Shown here in pieces: positions 25,560 to 28,452 of a DNA stretch of 28,452 bases. How positions within the stretch are numbered: position 1 is the first letter of the stretch; each line of letters opens with the position of its first letter. The notes beneath the pieces are model-generated. The model did not search any database. It saw only the letters and a list, made by a program, of their open reading frames with translations, and was not told where the DNA came from. Made by a program: the position numbers and the translations under genes. The DNA is from a virus (Duplodnaviria > Caudoviricetes). The DNA is taken from IMG/VR virus record IMGVR_UViG_3300009442_000027, positions 1 through 28,452 of that record; one strand, written 5' to 3'.

Positions 25560-26645
25560 ATGAAAATCGAAAAAACAACAGCAGGAAATATTATTATTAA
25601 GACTGATAATGATGAAGTTGAGCATATTATTGCGACGGATGTTTTTATAAACAAACATCCAAGAAATAAAAAAGGAGTTCTTATTAGTAAAACACCAACA
25701 AACCAAGATGAAGGTGAGGCAATAAAAGTGTATTTTGATGAAATTACTTCTATAAATGGAGCTGATTTTAATGGCAACCGAAATGATTTATTGGTCGAAT
25801 TATCTAAACTTTTTAATAGTGGTGGGGCGGAGAGCGAAAGCGGCGCAGGTTCACTTTTTTATACACCACGTTTTATTGTAAATAAGGTTTCGCCAGAAGT
25901 TGTAGCGATTAGTAGTACCTCTCAAATAATCATAAACGGAGAGTTTCTGGACTATGTATCAAAAGTGAGTTTCAGCGCGCCAAACGCATCTGGGGCTGAA
26001 ATCTCGATAGCTTCCAATACATTTGATGAATTGACTTTAGATTTGATCACAAATGTAGAAGTTCAAAATTATGAAATCACTATTGAAGCTCCTAATAGAC
26101 AACAAGAGGTTTTTACGATTGGAGCTTCTGATATTCAATTTTATACACCCATCACTAGTGGTACGGGGCCAGAACTATGGAGAAAGACAGGTTCAAATAA
26201 TGCTTCAGTTGTTTTAGAAGGAGGGTACCAAGCTGAAAACACTGGTGGTAATGGCTGGAATGAGCATGCCTATTTTGGGCCCTTTACAAGCTCTCAGAAA
26301 CTGGAGTTTTCATTTACAGTTGATCGTTTAAGCGGTGCATCAACAGCTCACTGTATGATTAAAATGAACAGTCAAAACAATGCAGTCTCTACTGGAGATC
26401 CAAGGGTGTATGTTGCGGGCTCAACAATACAGATTTATGCTCCTGGCGGATCTCGACTAGCAACTCCTGCAATCTCTGTAGGCGATGTTATCGATGTTGT
26501 TTTATTGCCAAATAAATATGAGGTTTTTAAAAATGGGGTTTCGGTCGCTGTCTATAACGGTAGCGTAGGTCTCACAAATATATTCATGAATTTCACGAGC
26601 TATCGAGTATTCCAAGCCTCAAATATTAACGTAAAAGTATATTGA
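25560..26645 (+). CDS. Ig-like (IPT/TIG) plus beta-sandwich protein, candidate accessory adhesin
   Basis: 361 aa; VNKVSP...IIINGEFL resembles IPT/TIG; GDVIDVVL...YEVFKNG resembles SPRY/lectin folds; no signal peptide. Confidence 0.55.
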   Translation: MKIEKTTAGNIIIKTDNDEVEHIIATDVFINKHPRNKKGVLISKTPTNQDEGEAIKVYFDEITSINGADFNGNRNDLLVELSKLFNSGGAESESGAGSLFYTPRFIVNKVSPEVVAISSTSQIIINGEFLDYVSKVSFSAPNASGAEISIASNTFDELTLDLITNVEVQNYEITIEAPNRQQEVFTIGASDIQFYTPITSGTGPELWRKTGSNNASVVLEGGYQAENTGGNGWNEHAYFGPFTSSQKLEFSFTVDRLSGASTAHCMIKMNSQNNAVSTGDPRVYVAGSTIQIYAPGGSRLATPAISVGDVIDVVLLPNKYEVFKNGVSVAVYNGSVGLTNIFMNFTSYRVFQASNINVKVY

Positions 26646-27013
26646 AAATGACAAGACAAGAACTCATTAACGAAATAGAAAAATTGAATCCTGAGATTAT
26701 GATGGTTGTTGATCAAAAAAGCACTGATAAATTACATGAGATTTATCAAGCAATGAAGTACCCACAACGGCGGATCGATGGCCAACGCTTCTCAGACATG
26801 CAGGGCGCAAAACTGGTGATCCTAGAAGCTTCAGATGTTGTCAAGAAAGCTGTGTCAGATTTTTTTGCACCTTCTCAGAATTTTTTAGTTCTAGGATGGT
26901 GGAAATCGGCCTTAAGAGATTTACAAACCAGAAAACCAAATGCCTATGTCAGTGCTGAACTGCTGGGTGGGATTATTAAATACATTGAAAGTTATATCTC
27001 TAAAAGTTATTAA
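26642..27013 (+). CDS. Hypothetical protein
   Basis: 123 aa ORF coupled to its neighbours; ATG alternative at 26648. Confidence 0.55.
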   Translation: MKMTRQELINEIEKLNPEIMMVVDQKSTDKLHEIYQAMKYPQRRIDGQRFSDMQGAKLVILEASDVVKKAVSDFFAPSQNFLVLGWWKSALRDLQTRKPNAYVSAELLGGIIKYIESYISKSY

Positions 27014-27014
27014 A

Positions 27015-27398
27015 ATGAAAAAATTAATCAAATCAATACTCGTTTTTGCTATTGCCTATTTTGCTTTAAAATACTTTTTGTGGTTTGGAGTGATGTACGC
27101 ATTTACTATTTGTCTATTAAGAAAAAATGAAGTGGATGAACCTACTTTTTCAGACTATTTATGGCGATTAGCCACAAGTATAGATCAAACTCTTAACGCT
27201 TGTTTGCTTTTTATCTTAAACGATTTAATGCGCTTCCCTAAGGGCATAAATTATGGTAATATAGATGAAACTATAAGTGGTGTTACTGGAAAGAATCAGT
27301 TACGAAATACGCTTACATGGTTTGGTAAAGGAATAAACTGGTTTTTATCAAAATTAGAAAAGGATCATTCAGTAAAAAGCATTGAGGAGGATGAGTAA
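27015..27398 (+). CDS. Phage membrane protein
   Basis: ATG 27015; hydrophobic N-terminus; SIDQTLNA...GNIDETISGVTGKN...DHSVKSIE pattern of a common phage tail-end membrane family. Confidence 0.65.
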   Translation: MKKLIKSILVFAIAYFALKYFLWFGVMYAFTICLLRKNEVDEPTFSDYLWRLATSIDQTLNACLLFILNDLMRFPKGINYGNIDETISGVTGKNQLRNTLTWFGKGINWFLSKLEKDHSVKSIEEDE

Positions 27399-27545
27399 TA
27401 AAAGAGGGTATAAAAACCCTTGACTTTGACTGCTGTAATTTCTCAGGCCACAGCAAAACAATTAAGGTGCCAAAACACCAAGCCAAGGGAGTTATTATTT
27501 CCTTGTTTAGCTGGTGTTTTGGCACCTTAATATTTACCTGAGAAT
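27397..27545 (-). ncRNA. Predicted structured antisense RNA across the leader of the ThyA-like gene
   Basis: Exact minus-strand promoter at 27548-27579; perfect 20-bp stem 27461-27480/27512-27531; outer stem 27434-27447/27537-27549; weak terminator AGGGT/ACCCT plus TTTTATT at 27397-27420. Confidence 0.55.
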
Positions 27546-27547
27546 TA

Positions 27548-27579
27548 CAAATATATAGTTATGAATAAATATCACCAAA
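27548..27579 (-). promoter_or_regulatory. Bacteroidota consensus promoter, antisense to the ThyA-like gene
   Basis: -33 TTTG (27579-27576), 20-bp spacer, -7 TATATTTG (27555-27548). Confidence 0.68.
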
Positions 27580-28196
27580 TGCTTAGTGACATTTTAAAAA
27601 ACGGCAAAACCCAAACTAACAAGAAAGGGATTATTAAATATCTTTTAAATAAGAAATTAACGTTGAAAGCAATTGATCTGCTCGAGGTTTTCGAGGGGCA
27701 TCCTATGGCACGTAAGAAGCTCAAAGATGAGCTCAATCTCTTTATGGTGGGAGAACGAATGACAGAGGCGTATCGTGAAGTAGGAATCACTTGGTGGGAT
27801 TATTGTGGTCCTATACTGGTGAACTCTTACCCGACCTATTTTGAGCAATTGCCAACCTTAATAAAGAAAATCAACCTTGAGAAGCGCAGCAGTAAGAATT
27901 ACGTAATGTTCTTGGGAGCGACGAACCAGGAGAGTAACCAGCAGCCGTGCCTGTCGCTCATTCAGTTTCAAATTGAAAAAGGTAAGTTGATCATCAGTGC
28001 CTACCAACGCAGCTCGGATGCTTCGCTTGGCCTCCCAGCAGATATTTATCACTTGTACTTAATCAGTAAACAGATCAAGTTGCCACTCAAAAGCATTACG
28101 TTGTTCTTGGGAAATGTACACTTATATAAGAATAATATCAAGCCCACTAAGGCGTTACTGAAAGGGAGACAGGCTAAATTTAGTTTGAATGTATAA
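27561..28196 (+). CDS. Compact thymidylate-synthase-family protein with dCMP-type Asp (putative dCMP methylase/hydroxymethylase)
   Basis: 211 aa; catalytic PC (QQPCLSLIQF), YQRSSD, GNVHLY. RSSDASLGLPAD aligns to E. coli ThyA RSCDVFLGLPFN with D in place of N177. Confidence 0.8.
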   Translation: MNKYHQMLSDILKNGKTQTNKKGIIKYLLNKKLTLKAIDLLEVFEGHPMARKKLKDELNLFMVGERMTEAYREVGITWWDYCGPILVNSYPTYFEQLPTLIKKINLEKRSSKNYVMFLGATNQESNQQPCLSLIQFQIEKGKLIISAYQRSSDASLGLPADIYHLYLISKQIKLPLKSITLFLGNVHLYKNNIKPTKALLKGRQAKFSLNV

Positions 28197-28230
28197 AGTG
28201 AGGTTATGATCTGTCTAATCCTAAAAGCGA

Positions 28231-28269
28231 TTTAAAGTTGTTTTAAAACCCATTTAAACAGTTTTTAAA
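28231..28269. repeat. Four TTTAAA motifs at exact 11-bp phase
   Basis: TTTAAA starts at 28231, 28242, 28253 and 28264. Confidence 0.8.
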
Positions 28270-28284
28270 TCTCTACAAAAAAAT

Positions 28285-28330
28285 GTACTTTTGGAATTCA
28301 ATCCTCGTACATTTCGAATTTTCGATTATA
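28285..28330. repeat. Putative transposase-binding repeats and right terminus of the prophage
   Basis: GTACTTTTGGAATT (28285-28298) and GTACATTTCGAATT (28307-28320), 12/14 identical and 22 bp apart, followed by TTCGATTATA; sequence character changes afterwards. Confidence 0.6.
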
Positions 28331-28452
28331 GATCCCCTATTTCCTTTTATAAACTCCCACTCGGTTTGCGATTGCGTTACAATTGTTCTGGAACGGGGGT
28401 AAGGTTCTCACAAAATGTTAAGCTCACGAAATAAGTTTAGTTGATAAATACA

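Larger units (their letters stand above)
1..28330. mobile_element. Mu-like transposable prophage with contractile tail (late region and probable right end; early/transposase region lies left of the window)
   Basis: Terminase, DUF935-like portal, MuF, gpG/gp36/gp37-like genes, protease, capsid, sheath, tube, tape measure and baseplate in Mu-like order. Paired 14-bp repeats just before CGATTATA at 28323-28330. No transposase in the window. Confidence 0.88.

Noticed and set aside
23415-27398. Diversity-generating retroelement or invertible G-segment in the fibre region
   Set aside because: No reverse transcriptase, invertase, template/variable repeat pair or flanking inverted sites were seen.
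27313-27525. 70-aa minus-strand ORF through the hairpin
   Set aside because: GTG start inside a perfect stem and overlap with the 27015 gene; better explained as structured RNA, though a short peptide cannot be excluded.
27461-27531. Long palindrome as a CRISPR repeat or MITE
   Set aside because: Single copy in the window, with no spacers and no target duplication.
27561-28196. Calling this gene thyA
   Set aside because: Asp replaces the dUMP-specifying Asn, phosphate-binding arginines are missing and the protein is short, so the symbol is withheld.
28398-28452. Possible start of an IS element (GGTAAGGTTCTCACAAAATG...)
   Set aside because: Too little sequence; no second inverted repeat or transposase in the window.

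Overview
Almost the whole window (1 to about 28330) is the late-gene half and probable right end of a Mu-like (transposable) prophage with a contractile tail. The host is inferred to be an AT-rich Bacteroidota, probably Flavobacteriaceae-like, from TAnnTTTG/TTTG promoters and gene families. In order: (i) an accessory region with small phage ORFs and three leftward cargo genes (DUF5677-like, membrane/coiled-coil, HEPN RxxxxH), partly bounded by integron attC-like sites; (ii) a leftward packaging/head-completion operon (small and large terminase, gp36-like, DUF935-like portal, MuF with a HExxH extension, gpG-like, gp37-like); (iii) a rightward operon with protease/scaffold, capsid, lysis genes, sheath, tube, chaperone, tape measure, baseplate and fibres; (iv) a thymidylate-synthase homologue behind a structured leader; (v) end repeats. 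Main observations: a predicted -1 frameshift fusing portal to MuF-metallopeptidase; a ThyA homologue with the dCMP-type Asp at the position Mu uses for mom, opposed by a predicted antisense RNA; and attC-like sites, one of which encloses a gene's N-terminus and joins it in frame to a zinc-ribbon mini-cassette. All family assignments come from motif recognition by eye and gene order; no database searches were run.
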